A stretch of 45,614 nucleotides of DNA from an uncultured bacterium (GTDB lineage Bacteria; Patescibacteriota; Minisyncoccia; UBA9983). The notes under the pieces were generated by a model that saw nothing but the letters and a program-made list of their open reading frames with translations, did no database searches and was not told the origin of the DNA. Shown here piece after piece: positions 7,925 to 17,646 of the stretch; position 1 is the first letter of the stretch; every line of letters begins with the position of its first letter. Both the position numbers and the translations under genes were made by a program. Location of the stretch: the NCBI GenBank assembly GCA_913009575.1, contig CAJVWH010000002.1, forward strand, positions 1 to 45,614, written 5' to 3'.

Positions 7925-10162
7925 TTATTTATATAATATCATATCTTCCCAGTTTTTACCTACTGCGACATTAACTTTGATAGGTACGTCGTTTTTATAA
8001 ACTTCCTCCATTTCCCTGATTATGAGGGGGATGCATTGGCCTATAATTTTTTCATCTATCTCAAAAAGTAATTCGTCGTGAATTTGAAGCAGTAATCGCG
8101 CTTTACTTTTCAATTTTTTGTCTCCAAGCGCTTTATCCGCCCTCACCATTGCCAATTTTATAAAATCAGCGGCAGTACCCTGAATTGGCGCATTTACCGC
8201 CATCCGCTCCGTCTCCTTTCTCACATATTCAATCGGGGAATTAATCTCCGGAAAAAATCTTTTTCTGCCGAACAGAGTTTCGGTATAGCCGTTTTTGCGG
8301 GCAAACTCTTTTATATGTTCAACATATTCAGCCATTCCGTTAAAATTTTTGAAATATTCTTTATAAAAAATCATGGCCTCTTCCCGCGAACATCCAAGAT
8401 TCGCCTTCAGTGCGTTAATTCCCATCCCATAAATAATTCCAAAATTAATGACCTTGGCCCTTCTGCGCATCTCGGCGGTAATTTTATCCGGCGTCACATT
8501 AAAAACTTTTGAAGCCACTGCGCTGTGAATATCCTCCCCTTTCTTAAAAATTTCCGACATTTTGGAGTCCTTGCTGAGAATCGCCGCCACTCTCAGCTCA
8601 ATCTGCGAATAATCAAAGGCGGCTAACTTGAAACCTTTGCCGGCAATGAAAGCGCGGCGAATATTCCTTCCTAATTCGGTTCTCTTGGGAATATTTTGAA
8701 GATTGGGGTCTTTTGAAGAAATTCTGCCCGTGGCCGTGCCGGCCTGGTCAAAAGTCGTATGAAGCCTGTTGTTTTCATCAACCAATTTCGGCAGAGCATC
8801 AATGTAAGTTGAAACCAGTTTCGCGAATTCACGATAAGAAATAATTTCGTTTATAATCGGATGCTCGTTTTTTAATTTTATCAATTCGGAAATATTGGTT
8901 GAATAAGAACCGTTTTTTGTTTTTTTTTGCCTTTTCACCCTTAACCCAAGCTTATCAAAAAGAATTTCACCTACTTGTTTCGGAGAATTAATATTAAATT
9001 CTTCTCCGGCCATAACCCATATTTTTTTCTCAAGTTTTTTAAGTTTAGAATGGTACTCTTCTGACAATTTTTTTAAATGTTCAATATCCAGCAAAATACC
9101 TCTTTCCTGCATCCCGGAAAGTACTCTTGAAAGCGGAATTTCAATTTCCCTAAATAATTTTTCCGGAACCGCGCCCTGAAATCTTTCATGAAGAAGCTCT
9201 TCTTCGCTTCCAAGGACAGTCCTTGGAAGCATCCAAGGACTGTCCTTGGAAGCATCGCCCAATCTTTCAATCAAGCTCCTGAAACCTAATTCGTTAAAAA
9301 GGATTTTTACTTTTTCAATATCAAATTGTTTTTTCCATTCAGTTTCTTCAAGAGAAAATTTTATGCGCGCGTCACGTCTGATTTCCGCCAATGTCTTGGA
9401 AAACAGTGATTCTTCTTCGTTCTCCTCCAAAAGTTTTATTATTCGCGGTTTAACGCCGGCTTTTTCCAGCGCCGATTTATTTTTTTTAATGGTTTTGTAT
9501 AAATTTTCAATGGTGTTGAATTTTTGTATCAACAAACTTGCTGTCTTGTCCCCTATGCCGGGTACGCCGGGAATATTATCTGAGGGGTCTCCCTTCAGCC
9601 CTTTAAAATCCGGCAAGAGTTTCGGTTCAAAACCATATCTCTTTTTTACCTTGTCTTCATTATAGATAACTGTGTCCTTTATACCCTTACTTAGAGTGTA
9701 AACAACAATATCATCATCTTTTACGAGTTGAAGGGTATCTAAATCTCCAGAAGCAATAATAGTTTTTAGTTTGTAGTTTTTAGTTTGTAGTTTCTCAACG
9801 ATTGTACCCAGCATGTCGTCCGCCTCAAACCCGGGCAAACTGTAAATCGGAATTTTAAAAACATCAAGAATGTCCCGCGAACGGTTAATTTGTTTTGCTA
9901 AAGCATCTTCCATTTTTGGCCGCTGGGCTTTGTATTTCTCGTAAGCGATGTGACGAAAGGTCGGTTCCGGCAAATCATAACAGGCAGCGATATAATCCGG
10001 CTCAAGTTCGCGGATTACCTTTAAGAGAAAGGCGGTAAAACCGTACAGAGCGCCAGTCGGTTCGCCCTTCGGGGATGTGAAATCCGGCAGGGCGTGATAG
10101 GCGCGATGCAAAATCGCGTGCGCATCCAAAAGTACCAATTTTTTTTTCTCACATTTTCCCAT
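7925..10162 (-). CDS. polA: DNA polymerase I (5'-3' exonuclease plus polymerase, no 3'-5' exonuclease domain)
   Basis: LLDAHAILHRAYHA, GDPSDNIPGVPGIG, TGRISSKDPNLQNIP, DYSQIELR, KVINFGIIYG, LQIHDELLFE. Confidence 0.97.
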   Translation of the reverse strand: MGKCEKKKLVLLDAHAILHRAYHALPDFTSPKGEPTGALYGFTAFLLKVIRELEPDYIAACYDLPEPTFRHIAYEKYKAQRPKMEDALAKQINRSRDILDVFKIPIYSLPGFEADDMLGTIVEKLQTKNYKLKTIIASGDLDTLQLVKDDDIVVYTLSKGIKDTVIYNEDKVKKRYGFEPKLLPDFKGLKGDPSDNIPGVPGIGDKTASLLIQKFNTIENLYKTIKKNKSALEKAGVKPRIIKLLEENEEESLFSKTLAEIRRDARIKFSLEETEWKKQFDIEKVKILFNELGFRSLIERLGDASKDSPWMLPRTVLGSEEELLHERFQGAVPEKLFREIEIPLSRVLSGMQERGILLDIEHLKKLSEEYHSKLKKLEKKIWVMAGEEFNINSPKQVGEILFDKLGLRVKRQKKTKNGSYSTNISELIKLKNEHPIINEIISYREFAKLVSTYIDALPKLVDENNRLHTTFDQAGTATGRISSKDPNLQNIPKRTELGRNIRRAFIAGKGFKLAAFDYSQIELRVAAILSKDSKMSEIFKKGEDIHSAVASKVFNVTPDKITAEMRRRAKVINFGIIYGMGINALKANLGCSREEAMIFYKEYFKNFNGMAEYVEHIKEFARKNGYTETLFGRKRFFPEINSPIEYVRKETERMAVNAPIQGTAADFIKLAMVRADKALGDKKLKSKARLLLQIHDELLFEIDEKIIGQCIPLIIREMEEVYKNDVPIKVNVAVGKNWEDMILYK
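9206..9254. repeat. Tandem 23-bp palindromic repeat inside polA
   Basis: GCTTCCAAGGAC-A-GTCCTTGGAAGC (9206-9230) and TCCAAGGAC-T-GTCCTTGGA (9232-9250). Confidence 0.9.
9760..9794. repeat. Heptamer array (TAGTTTN)x5 inside polA
   Basis: TAGTTTT TAGTTTG TAGTTTT TAGTTTG TAGTTTC; encodes KLQTKNYKLKT. Confidence 0.85.
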
Positions 10163-10216
10163 TCTTTAATTATAACATTCTCTCGCCTCAGGCATAATGA
10201 AATAAAAAAACCTGAT

Positions 10217-10246
10217 TTGACAATGATTTTTATTTATATATACTAT
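10217..10246 (+). promoter_or_regulatory. sigma70 promoter of nusA
   Basis: TTGACA at 10217-10222; TATACT at 10239-10244 (16-nt spacer) or TACTAT at 10241-10246 (18-nt spacer). Confidence 0.7.
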
Positions 10247-10263
10247 GAATATAGATAGATGAT

Positions 10264-10291
10264 AGTCCGTTTTTTGAAACGGACTTTTATT
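10264..10291 (+). terminator. Terminator-like hairpin in the nusA 5' leader
   Basis: AGTCCGTTT-4 nt-AAACGGACT followed by TTTATT, between promoter and start codon. Confidence 0.6.
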
Positions 10292-10309
10292 AAATAAAAA
10301 AAGAAAAAT

Positions 10310-11527
10310 ATGGATTTAAAATCACTAAAATCAGCGCTTGAACAAATGGAAAACGATAAGGGAGTTGCAAAAGAAAAAATCATTGAGGCGATTGAAATGG
10401 CCTTGGCGGCCGCCTATAAAAAAGATTTTGGGAAAAAAGGGCAGATTATTCGGGCCAAGTTTAATATTGAAACAGGAGAAACCGAATTTTCCCAAATTAA
10501 AATCGTTGTTGACGAATCAATACTGAAGCCGGAGGAAGAAGGAGAGGAATTAAAATCCGAGCAGCAGAAAGAACAAAAGAGCGAAAATGAGGATAAAAAC
10601 GAGGGAGAAGAAGGAGAGGAGCAGAAAGTCCGTTTCAGTCCTGAACATCACATAATGATAGAAGAAGCGAAAAAAATCAAAAAAGATATTCTTCCCGGGG
10701 AAGAAATCGTTTTCCCTTTGGAGTCCAAAAAAGACTACGGCAGAATTGCCGCCCAAACTGCCAAACAAGTTATTATTCAAAAAATCAGAGAGGCGGAAAG
10801 AGTTTCCATATTTAAAGAATTCAAAGACAGGGAAGAGGAAATAATAACGGGAATTGTACAACGCGTTGACAATGGCAATGTTTTTATTGATCTTGGACGC
10901 ATTACCGCAATTTTGCCAAGAGACGAACAAATTAGGGGCGAAAGATATCGCATTGGCGAAAGAGTTAAATCATTGCTTTTTCTTGTTGAAGAAACACGAA
11001 AAGGAATAAATTTATATCTTTCCCGCTCCCATCCTAAATTTATCGCCAAACTTTTTGAACTGGAAGTTCCTGAAATAGCCAATGGAATTGTGAAAATTAA
11101 GAATATCGCGAGAGAATCGGGTTCAAGAACAAAAATTTCCGTTGATTCCAATGAAGATGGTGTTGACCCGGTCGGCTCCTGTGTTGGACAAAAAGGGACT
11201 AGAATCAATATTATTATTTCAGAATTAGGGGGAGAAAAGATTGATATAATAGAATGGTCTGAAGACACGGAAAAATTTATCGCAAACGCGCTCTCACCCG
11301 CGAAAGTCATTGATGTTGAAATCAATGAAAAAAACAGGGAAGCGAAAGTTATGGTTGATGAAGACCAGCTTTCTTTAGCAATTGGCAAAAGCGGGCAAAA
11401 CGTGCGTTTGGCGGCCAAACTTACTGGTTGGAAAATAGACATACGCTCACGCGAAGGCAAATCAGTGGCAAAAGCAACGGAAGAAGGGGATATGATGGAA
11501 AAAGAAACCTCCAATGGAGACGCCTAG
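10310..11527 (+). CDS. nusA: Transcription termination/antitermination factor NusA
   Basis: YGRIAAQTAKQVIIQKIREAER, S1 domain, ARE.GSRTK, DPVGSCVG.KG.RI, SLAIGKSGQNVRLAAKLTGWKIDI. Confidence 0.98.
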   Translation: MDLKSLKSALEQMENDKGVAKEKIIEAIEMALAAAYKKDFGKKGQIIRAKFNIETGETEFSQIKIVVDESILKPEEEGEELKSEQQKEQKSENEDKNEGEEGEEQKVRFSPEHHIMIEEAKKIKKDILPGEEIVFPLESKKDYGRIAAQTAKQVIIQKIREAERVSIFKEFKDREEEIITGIVQRVDNGNVFIDLGRITAILPRDEQIRGERYRIGERVKSLLFLVEETRKGINLYLSRSHPKFIAKLFELEVPEIANGIVKIKNIARESGSRTKISVDSNEDGVDPVGSCVGQKGTRINIIISELGGEKIDIIEWSEDTEKFIANALSPAKVIDVEINEKNREAKVMVDEDQLSLAIGKSGQNVRLAAKLTGWKIDIRSREGKSVAKATEEGDMMEKETSNGDA

Positions 11528-11535
11528 GGGAAAAA

Positions 11536-12774
11536 TTATCTGATTCTCAAGCTCCATAAAGTATTGTCCTTTTTATTCATAAAAACAAGATAATGTCCGC
11601 CATCAACCCAGAAAGGATTTGTAACGTCAGTGCCCGTGTTTTTCAAAATCATTTTTGTTTCACCCGTTGAAATGTTTATGCTCCAAATTGAATCATTGAA
11701 AGAAATTAAACCTTGATACCAAGTGTCAGGATATTTTGACGAGGGAAGTTTGTTTGGTACTCCGCAATAAATCACATCGGGGCGCGATTCACCCCACACG
11801 CATTTTTCAGGAATGGTTTTTAATCCAATATCTCTTGAACTTTTTTTATTTACGTCAAATACTTTCGTATTAAATATTCCGCCAACACTTTGACTGTAAA
11901 TCACATTTTCTCCGCTTGGCGACACCAAAGCGGTAAGTCCCTTAATTTTACCCAATATTTTCTCCATTTTTGCCGTTTTGGGGTTTAAAAAATATAGGAA
12001 ACCATCTGCCAAGCCAGATGGTTTCGTAAGCAAAGAAATAATATTCTTATTTGGCCAATTCACGTTAAATCCTCCGAAAGGCATTGAAAATACTACTTTT
12101 TGTTTTTCATTATCAAAATTGGCAATTATTCCCGTGGTTTCCGCGCCGGAATTATTTAAATAAAAAACTTTGTCTTCCGCCGGAGAAACAGCTACAGCAG
12201 TTGTGTTTTTGGGCAGAAAAACACCCGCCAAAGAAGAAAAAGGCGTGGTCGTTCCGCCGGATGATTCACCGCCTTCCCCGCCATCCTTCTTAATTGAAAC
12301 GGAAAAAGTTTTTGCCAAGGAGATAATGTTATCGTCATCAAGGTAGCGAATCACAACCTTATCCGCGCCGGGAGACCAGAAAGATTCAAAAATTTTAAGA
12401 ATGGTGGTGTTGGTAATACGCGTTCTGTCTTTGCCGTGTGGGCCAACTTCATAAATATTTCCCGTTGATTTCTCAATATAGCGGATAGTAGTACTCGCGG
12501 ACTGTTCTCCGTTTCCGGAAAAAACGGCGGCCCCCGCAACAGCTTGCGGGACTATTTGAATAAAATCAGCAGTCTTGGCATTTTCACCCGGTAAAAGTTT
12601 TCCGCCTGGCAGCAAGCCGTTTATATTCCTTTCTCCACTTGAAGGAAAAGAACCGCCACCTGTATCCGAACCGTTTCCTCCAGACTTTTGGGAGGAAAAC
12701 CAAAAAACTCCGCCCGCTGCCGCCAGAAGCAAAATCAAAACTGTTGATAAAATTATAATTGTTTTTTTATTCAT
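11536..12774 (-). CDS. Membrane-anchored beta-propeller-like protein (start revised to ATG 12774)
   Basis: N-terminal TM helix, Gly-rich linker, repeated W/SP.G..V blade-like motifs; last gene of the T4SS-like cluster. Confidence 0.6.
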   Translation of the reverse strand: MNKKTIIILSTVLILLLAAAGGVFWFSSQKSGGNGSDTGGGSFPSSGERNINGLLPGGKLLPGENAKTADFIQIVPQAVAGAAVFSGNGEQSASTTIRYIEKSTGNIYEVGPHGKDRTRITNTTILKIFESFWSPGADKVVIRYLDDDNIISLAKTFSVSIKKDGGEGGESSGGTTTPFSSLAGVFLPKNTTAVAVSPAEDKVFYLNNSGAETTGIIANFDNEKQKVVFSMPFGGFNVNWPNKNIISLLTKPSGLADGFLYFLNPKTAKMEKILGKIKGLTALVSPSGENVIYSQSVGGIFNTKVFDVNKKSSRDIGLKTIPEKCVWGESRPDVIYCGVPNKLPSSKYPDTWYQGLISFNDSIWSINISTGETKMILKNTGTDVTNPFWVDGGHYLVFMNKKDNTLWSLRIR

Positions 12775-12782
12775 ATTATTTA

Positions 12783-13418
12783 TCAAGAACCTCCAGTTCC
12801 TCCACCATTTTTCTTGCAATTGGCAGTTTCATCTAGGCAGCAATCTTCTCTTGTCTTGTATTGGCTGCCAGATGTACTGCAATAGCCCGTATCCACACTT
12901 CTCTGAATACATTCACGGTCTCCATTTTGCACCACCCAACAATTTACTGAACTATTTCCATTTCCACTATCATTTCCACTATTTTCATTTTCAATGTTAA
13001 TTCCCGGTATTGTAAGCCCTTTTTTCACCAAATCGGGATTAATAGTACTGAGAATAAGCACAGACGATATCGCCAGCAATAATCCCCAAAGTGCCATTTC
13101 AATCATTTCTTTGCCTTTTTTCCGCGCGGTTTCGCTGGCACCCCCAACAACAATATTCATTGCTCCGATAATAATCTTCAGAACAGCAAGAAAAGCGGCC
13201 GCTGCCAAGGCAAAATGAAAAATCCAACTTAAATACTGCGATAAATTTGGACTGTCTCCGCCTTGAATGCCCGGCAATGGCTGTAAAAGGCTGTAGGCGG
13301 AAACAAATGAAAAACTAAGGGCAAAGAAAATGAAACAGAAAAACAGAATAGAAAAAATTTTGAATTTCATGCCGCTATTTTTATTTTCACGTTCTATAAT
13401 TCGCATTTTATTGTCCAA
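12783..13418 (-). CDS. Pilin-like (VirB2/TrbC-type) protein with Cys-rich C-terminal extension
   Basis: Signal peptide, two hydrophobic helices, motif K.GKEMI..AL.GLLLA..S.LIL.TINPDL. Confidence 0.7.
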   Translation of the reverse strand: MDNKMRIIERENKNSGMKFKIFSILFFCFIFFALSFSFVSAYSLLQPLPGIQGGDSPNLSQYLSWIFHFALAAAAFLAVLKIIIGAMNIVVGGASETARKKGKEMIEMALWGLLLAISSVLILSTINPDLVKKGLTIPGINIENENSGNDSGNGNSSVNCWVVQNGDRECIQRSVDTGYCSTSGSQYKTREDCCLDETANCKKNGGGTGGS

Positions 13419-14388
13419 AATTTACCATAAAATTATTATTGGCGAATTGGAATTCCCTAAAAAGATTTTTGGCATTGAGGGTGATGGTTGACTGCCCGGA
13501 TTCCCTGTTTTTGTTCACACGTAAATTGACCACGTTTGGTTTTTCAGTTTTGATTTTTTTTCCGTTTATTGCCCAATTAAAAGAAAACTCTTTTCCTTTT
13601 TTCGGGAAGGAAAAGAAGAACGGTTCGGCTCTGACTGAAACTTCATCTCCTTTTAATTGGAACATTTTTCCGATTGCCGTGTTATAAGACGGACCCTCCA
13701 GCGGATAATCTTCGTAAAAGATTAATTTCGGTTCCAAATTTTTAATTTTCACTGAATTCTCGGCAGTAATTTTTTTATTGTAATTTGAAACTTTCACGCC
13801 GACCGTGCTTTCATTGAAAGGCCCTGCCGTTCTGAATGTGAAAGAATTTTTCCCGGTCCCGGAATAATCCGGCTGATTTTTATGGCTCAACTTCCAATAA
13901 TAAACAAAATTTGACGGGTTGGTAATGGAATATTTTCCAAAACGCGGAATGGCCGTGACGGTTATCAAAGAACCGGGGACGGGCATTGCCTTGCCTTTGT
14001 AGGGAGCGGGGGTGTAAGTTTTCACCTCCCACAGCAAATCAACTTCTGCCGGAATAACCTTCAAAGTTTTGTTCAATTTTAATCCTTTTTCCGTTTTTAA
14101 AGAAACAAAAATATCCGTTTCTTTGCCGGCATCCCCTGTCTTAAAATTAAACGCTTTTTCTCCCCTGCCGGATAATTTTACCGTTCCGTTAACGGACCAT
14201 GTGATATACGACCTATCCACATCAATGCTGTAACTTTTCATGCTGACGTTAACCGGCATATTCGGACCCGGAAATTTCGGTGACACTTCTGCAAAAAAAT
14301 CCTCGCCAATCGCCAGCGCCCTGCCGAAAAAAGCCGTTGCCGACACAATCGCGACCAGAAATAAAATTTTTATGATTTTTTTTCTCAT
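13408..14388 (-). CDS. Secreted beta-rich (Ig-like) hypothetical protein
   Basis: Signal peptide; three repeats of a W..NG/W-centred beta-sandwich-like segment. Confidence 0.6.
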   Translation of the reverse strand: MRKKIIKILFLVAIVSATAFFGRALAIGEDFFAEVSPKFPGPNMPVNVSMKSYSIDVDRSYITWSVNGTVKLSGRGEKAFNFKTGDAGKETDIFVSLKTEKGLKLNKTLKVIPAEVDLLWEVKTYTPAPYKGKAMPVPGSLITVTAIPRFGKYSITNPSNFVYYWKLSHKNQPDYSGTGKNSFTFRTAGPFNESTVGVKVSNYNKKITAENSVKIKNLEPKLIFYEDYPLEGPSYNTAIGKMFQLKGDEVSVRAEPFFFSFPKKGKEFSFNWAINGKKIKTEKPNVVNLRVNKNRESGQSTITLNAKNLFREFQFANNNFMVNFGQ

Positions 14389-14741
14389 ATTGCTTTCGCT
14401 TCCAAACCTGCCATTGCTTTAGGCAAAATTTCTTTGGTTTTATTTTTAATCATTATAACAATAATCACGCCTGTCCAAAAGGGCAAGGCGGCGATGACAG
14501 GAATAATCTCAGCAATTCCTCCTATAGCAAGCCACCCTCTAAAATTCTTTACTCCTTTTATTTTCAACCAAAGATAAAAAGTAAGCCACGCCCAAATACT
14601 TATAAGTCTGTTTACAATCAACCCGATTAGAACTACGTCAAGAAAAAACTGGACTCCGTCAAAAAGCAAAGCGACGCCTATCATTAATCCCCATTCAATA
14701 TTTGAAATTTTACTTTTCTCATTACTCATTGCTTTGCTCAA
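14385..14741 (-). CDS. Small integral membrane protein of the T4SS-like cluster
   Basis: Three hydrophobic segments, EIIP...LPFWT; overlaps the virB4-like stop. Confidence 0.65.
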   Translation of the reverse strand: MSKAMSNEKSKISNIEWGLMIGVALLFDGVQFFLDVVLIGLIVNRLISIWAWLTFYLWLKIKGVKNFRGWLAIGGIAEIIPVIAALPFWTGVIIVIMIKNKTKEILPKAMAGLEAKAI

Positions 14742-16551
14742 ATTCTTCCTTTGATTTTTTAATCGCCAATAATTGCGCCGGGTCGGAAGTTATAATTTGG
14801 TCTTCGGTATAAGACGCTAAAACCTTTATCGCCACATGTTTCATTCCCGCGAAGAAAATCCCCTCACCCACATCGGATTCCAAAAGCAAAAATTTCTCTT
14901 CCTCGGTAAGATTAAAAGTCTTTTGAACCATATCTATTGATGCCGGCGACTGTTTCAAGAGAAGCTGCATAGAAGAGTTCGTTATGATGGGAAGCCCATA
15001 AGGCGAAGATAGAAAATCATTGACATTTTGAGTAATGGTAGCCAATCCCAAATAATATTTCCTGCATCTTTTGGCTATGCCAAACAGAAAAGAAGCGGTG
15101 TCTTTTGACTTCATCATCCACCAAGCTTCATCAATTACGAGAAGCCTTTTTCTTATATTTTTTCTAACGGTATTCCAAATAAAATGAGTGATAATATACA
15201 TTGCCACCGGCCGAAGTTCATCCTCCATGTCCCTCACGGAAAAAACCACAAGCTTTTTATTTATGTCAACATTGCTCGGCTGATTTAAAAAACCCGACCA
15301 TGTTCCCTTTGTATATTTACTAAGGCGTTGCGCCAAAGATTCTCCACCCTCCATACCCGCTAAAACAAGCTCTAAATCGGACAGTGTCGGAGGGGGAATG
15401 TTGGAAAAATCCGCCTCTGGAGTTATATCTCTAGCGGCATAAGTTTCAGTAATTGCTTTATCCATTATTGAATCCTCCTCGGGGGTCAAACCGCCAAGCA
15501 TCAAACGGAACAAACCAACCAAAGTAATAATATTAGAGCGCAAAACATCGGAAGGGGATTCATCTTCGCCCACGGGAGGGAGGTCAAAGGGATTAATGTG
15601 GTGTTTGGATGAAAGAGAGATGTCAAAATATCTTCCGTCAACCGCTTCGGCCAAATATCCATATTCGCGTTCTGGGTCAATAACGATCACTTCAGTATCA
15701 AACATTAAAGTTCTAAGTATTTGCAGTTTGGTTGTGTAGCTTTTTCCCGAACCGGATTTGGCGAAAATAACCGAATTATAATTTTCCAGTGAGAAGCGGT
15801 CAAACAAAACAAGGCTGTTGTTATGGCGGTTGATTCCGTAAAGAATACCGCTATCCGAAGAAAGATCAAAAGAAACAAAGGGGAATATACTGGAAAGAGG
15901 AGAAGAATTCAGGCGGCTGTGGACTTCAATCTTGTCAGTACCGAAAGGGAAGACACTTTCAATCGCTTCTTTTTGCTGAAAAAGCGCCGGCTTAACATAA
16001 ACAAGTTTTGATTCAAGAATTGATCTAATTTCCGATTCAATTTCGTTGAGTCCTTCCAAATTATTGGAATAAAGCGTAATGTACAGCCCGACGGAAAAAA
16101 GCTTTTCCTGCGCCTGCTGAAGCTGGTCCCTAAGCATCTCAAGGTCCTGATAAGCGGTATCTAAAATGGGGTCGCGTACCAATCCTTTCTCTTCCCGCAT
16201 ATGTATCTGCGATTGAACTTCGGCAACTTTCTTCTGCAGCTGACGCAACACCGTAGAAGTGTCAATGGGGTGGATAAAAATGGAAATATCAAAAATTTTA
16301 TCTAAATTAATAATGGGAGAAAACCAATTTGAAGCAAGAAAACGCGGATAAGACATCACAAAAATAGTTCTGGCGACTTTGTCACCCAAACGGATAAAAT
16401 TAGAATTTATCTGCATCGCGGAGGGAGCGATAACATCCTGTAATTCCAAAACCCCGCTCTCATAGATTTGCTGCGGAATAATCGGGGAAATTTCTTCACC
16501 CATTTCTTTATCTTTTGCTTTTTTAAGTTTTAATGCGTCTAATAAACTCAT
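14722..16551 (-). CDS. VirB4/TraC-family secretion ATPase
   Basis: Walker A AKSGSGKS, VIVIDPEREY, INPFD, Walker B LLVIDEAW, RKY, ITQ. Confidence 0.9.
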   Translation of the reverse strand: MSLLDALKLKKAKDKEMGEEISPIIPQQIYESGVLELQDVIAPSAMQINSNFIRLGDKVARTIFVMSYPRFLASNWFSPIINLDKIFDISIFIHPIDTSTVLRQLQKKVAEVQSQIHMREEKGLVRDPILDTAYQDLEMLRDQLQQAQEKLFSVGLYITLYSNNLEGLNEIESEIRSILESKLVYVKPALFQQKEAIESVFPFGTDKIEVHSRLNSSPLSSIFPFVSFDLSSDSGILYGINRHNNSLVLFDRFSLENYNSVIFAKSGSGKSYTTKLQILRTLMFDTEVIVIDPEREYGYLAEAVDGRYFDISLSSKHHINPFDLPPVGEDESPSDVLRSNIITLVGLFRLMLGGLTPEEDSIMDKAITETYAARDITPEADFSNIPPPTLSDLELVLAGMEGGESLAQRLSKYTKGTWSGFLNQPSNVDINKKLVVFSVRDMEDELRPVAMYIITHFIWNTVRKNIRKRLLVIDEAWWMMKSKDTASFLFGIAKRCRKYYLGLATITQNVNDFLSSPYGLPIITNSSMQLLLKQSPASIDMVQKTFNLTEEEKFLLLESDVGEGIFFAGMKHVAIKVLASYTEDQIITSDPAQLLAIKKSKEEFEQSNE

Positions 16552-16557
16552 GTTATA

Positions 16558-17235
16558 TTAAGATTTTTCCCCGCCGCTTATTTGTAATTCCTGAACACTG
16601 TTTTTTTCAATCTCTCCGGGATTAAATAATTTATAAAATAATTCTATCAATTCTTCCGTATTTAACGAAACCGCCCTGATGCCGGCACTGCGTAAACCTT
16701 GGCGAACAACATCGGCTCTTTGCTGCAATTGGAGCCGCGATTCTTCAAAACTTACATCTTTACCGGAATCATTCTTCTTTCCACCTCTAAATATCTTCAT
16801 GATGGCGCCGAAAGGATTTTTTTTAATACTGGATACCGCGCTTGAAACCGGATTATAAGCGACAACTACATAAAAAGTTTTTGACATAATATTCGTTGAT
16901 TTCACGAAATTTTTTATAAAATCAATATATTCTTTTGTCTGAATTTTAAGAAGTTCGTTTGTCTGCTCCGCTTTTGCGTCCTCAAGCGTCTTTATATAAT
17001 TTCCTATATCAAGTTTCCTGGACTCAATAAAAAATTGAATGGGAAAATCAAGCGAATTAAGAAAATTTTGATATTGCATAATAATCGCACTCTGTTCATC
17101 TTCTGATTTCAAAGCAAAATTCAAGGTGGATGTCATTAAAATCATTTTCAAAGAACCATCCTTGAAAACGGCGACGCCTTCGCGAATTTCATTGATTGGA
17201 ACAATTTCCTGCGTTGATTTTGATGATATTGCCAT
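16558..17235 (-). CDS. Conserved T4SS-associated protein resembling a VirB4 N-terminal region
   Basis: NFALKSEDEQ.AI...YQNFLNSLDFPIQ, L.TEELIELFY..FNP; lies between prgI-like and virB4-like genes. Confidence 0.65.
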   Translation of the reverse strand: MAISSKSTQEIVPINEIREGVAVFKDGSLKMILMTSTLNFALKSEDEQSAIIMQYQNFLNSLDFPIQFFIESRKLDIGNYIKTLEDAKAEQTNELLKIQTKEYIDFIKNFVKSTNIMSKTFYVVVAYNPVSSAVSSIKKNPFGAIMKIFRGGKKNDSGKDVSFEESRLQLQQRADVVRQGLRSAGIRAVSLNTEELIELFYKLFNPGEIEKNSVQELQISGGEKS

Positions 17236-17241
17236 ATTATT

Positions 17242-17646
17242 CTATTTTACTTCTTCTTTTATATTTAAACTCCATGCCAAATCTTTTAATTTGCTTTTAG
17301 TTAATTTTGGGGCATAAATTTGCGCAGGAGATGTAATTTGCCTTTTTTTTATCAAATTGTCTTTCTTCTCTTTTTTCTTCCATATATAAATTTTAGCATC
17401 TGACGCATAATGCAAGGCATTCTCAACCATTTTTATGAACGGTCGGTTGTTGGGTTTGTAAAAAGCAAGAGCCAAAGCAAGTGCTCCGACGGGAATGGTA
17501 AACAAAAACATCAAGAAAAAAGGCAGTATCACATACAGCAGAAAAATTATTCCCGCCCCTCCCGCCAAATAAATAAACTGTTTGAGCGTTAGAGGCCCGA
17601 ATATCTTGCTTTCTACTTCAATAAATTGTGGAACTTGAAATCTCAT
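17242..17646 (-). CDS. PrgI-family (VirB3-like) membrane protein
   Basis: FQVPQFIEVESKIFGPLTLKQF, two TM helices, N.RPF. Confidence 0.85.
   Translation of the reverse strand: MRFQVPQFIEVESKIFGPLTLKQFIYLAGGAGIIFLLYVILPFFLMFLFTIPVGALALALAFYKPNNRPFIKMVENALHYASDAKIYIWKKKEKKDNLIKKRQITSPAQIYAPKLTKSKLKDLAWSLNIKEEVK

Noticed and set aside
10264-10285. GTCCGTT/AACGGAC in the nusA leader shares a 7-mer with the 36-kb array
   Set aside because: Only 7 nt, opposite arm order, and sufficiently explained as a terminator stem.
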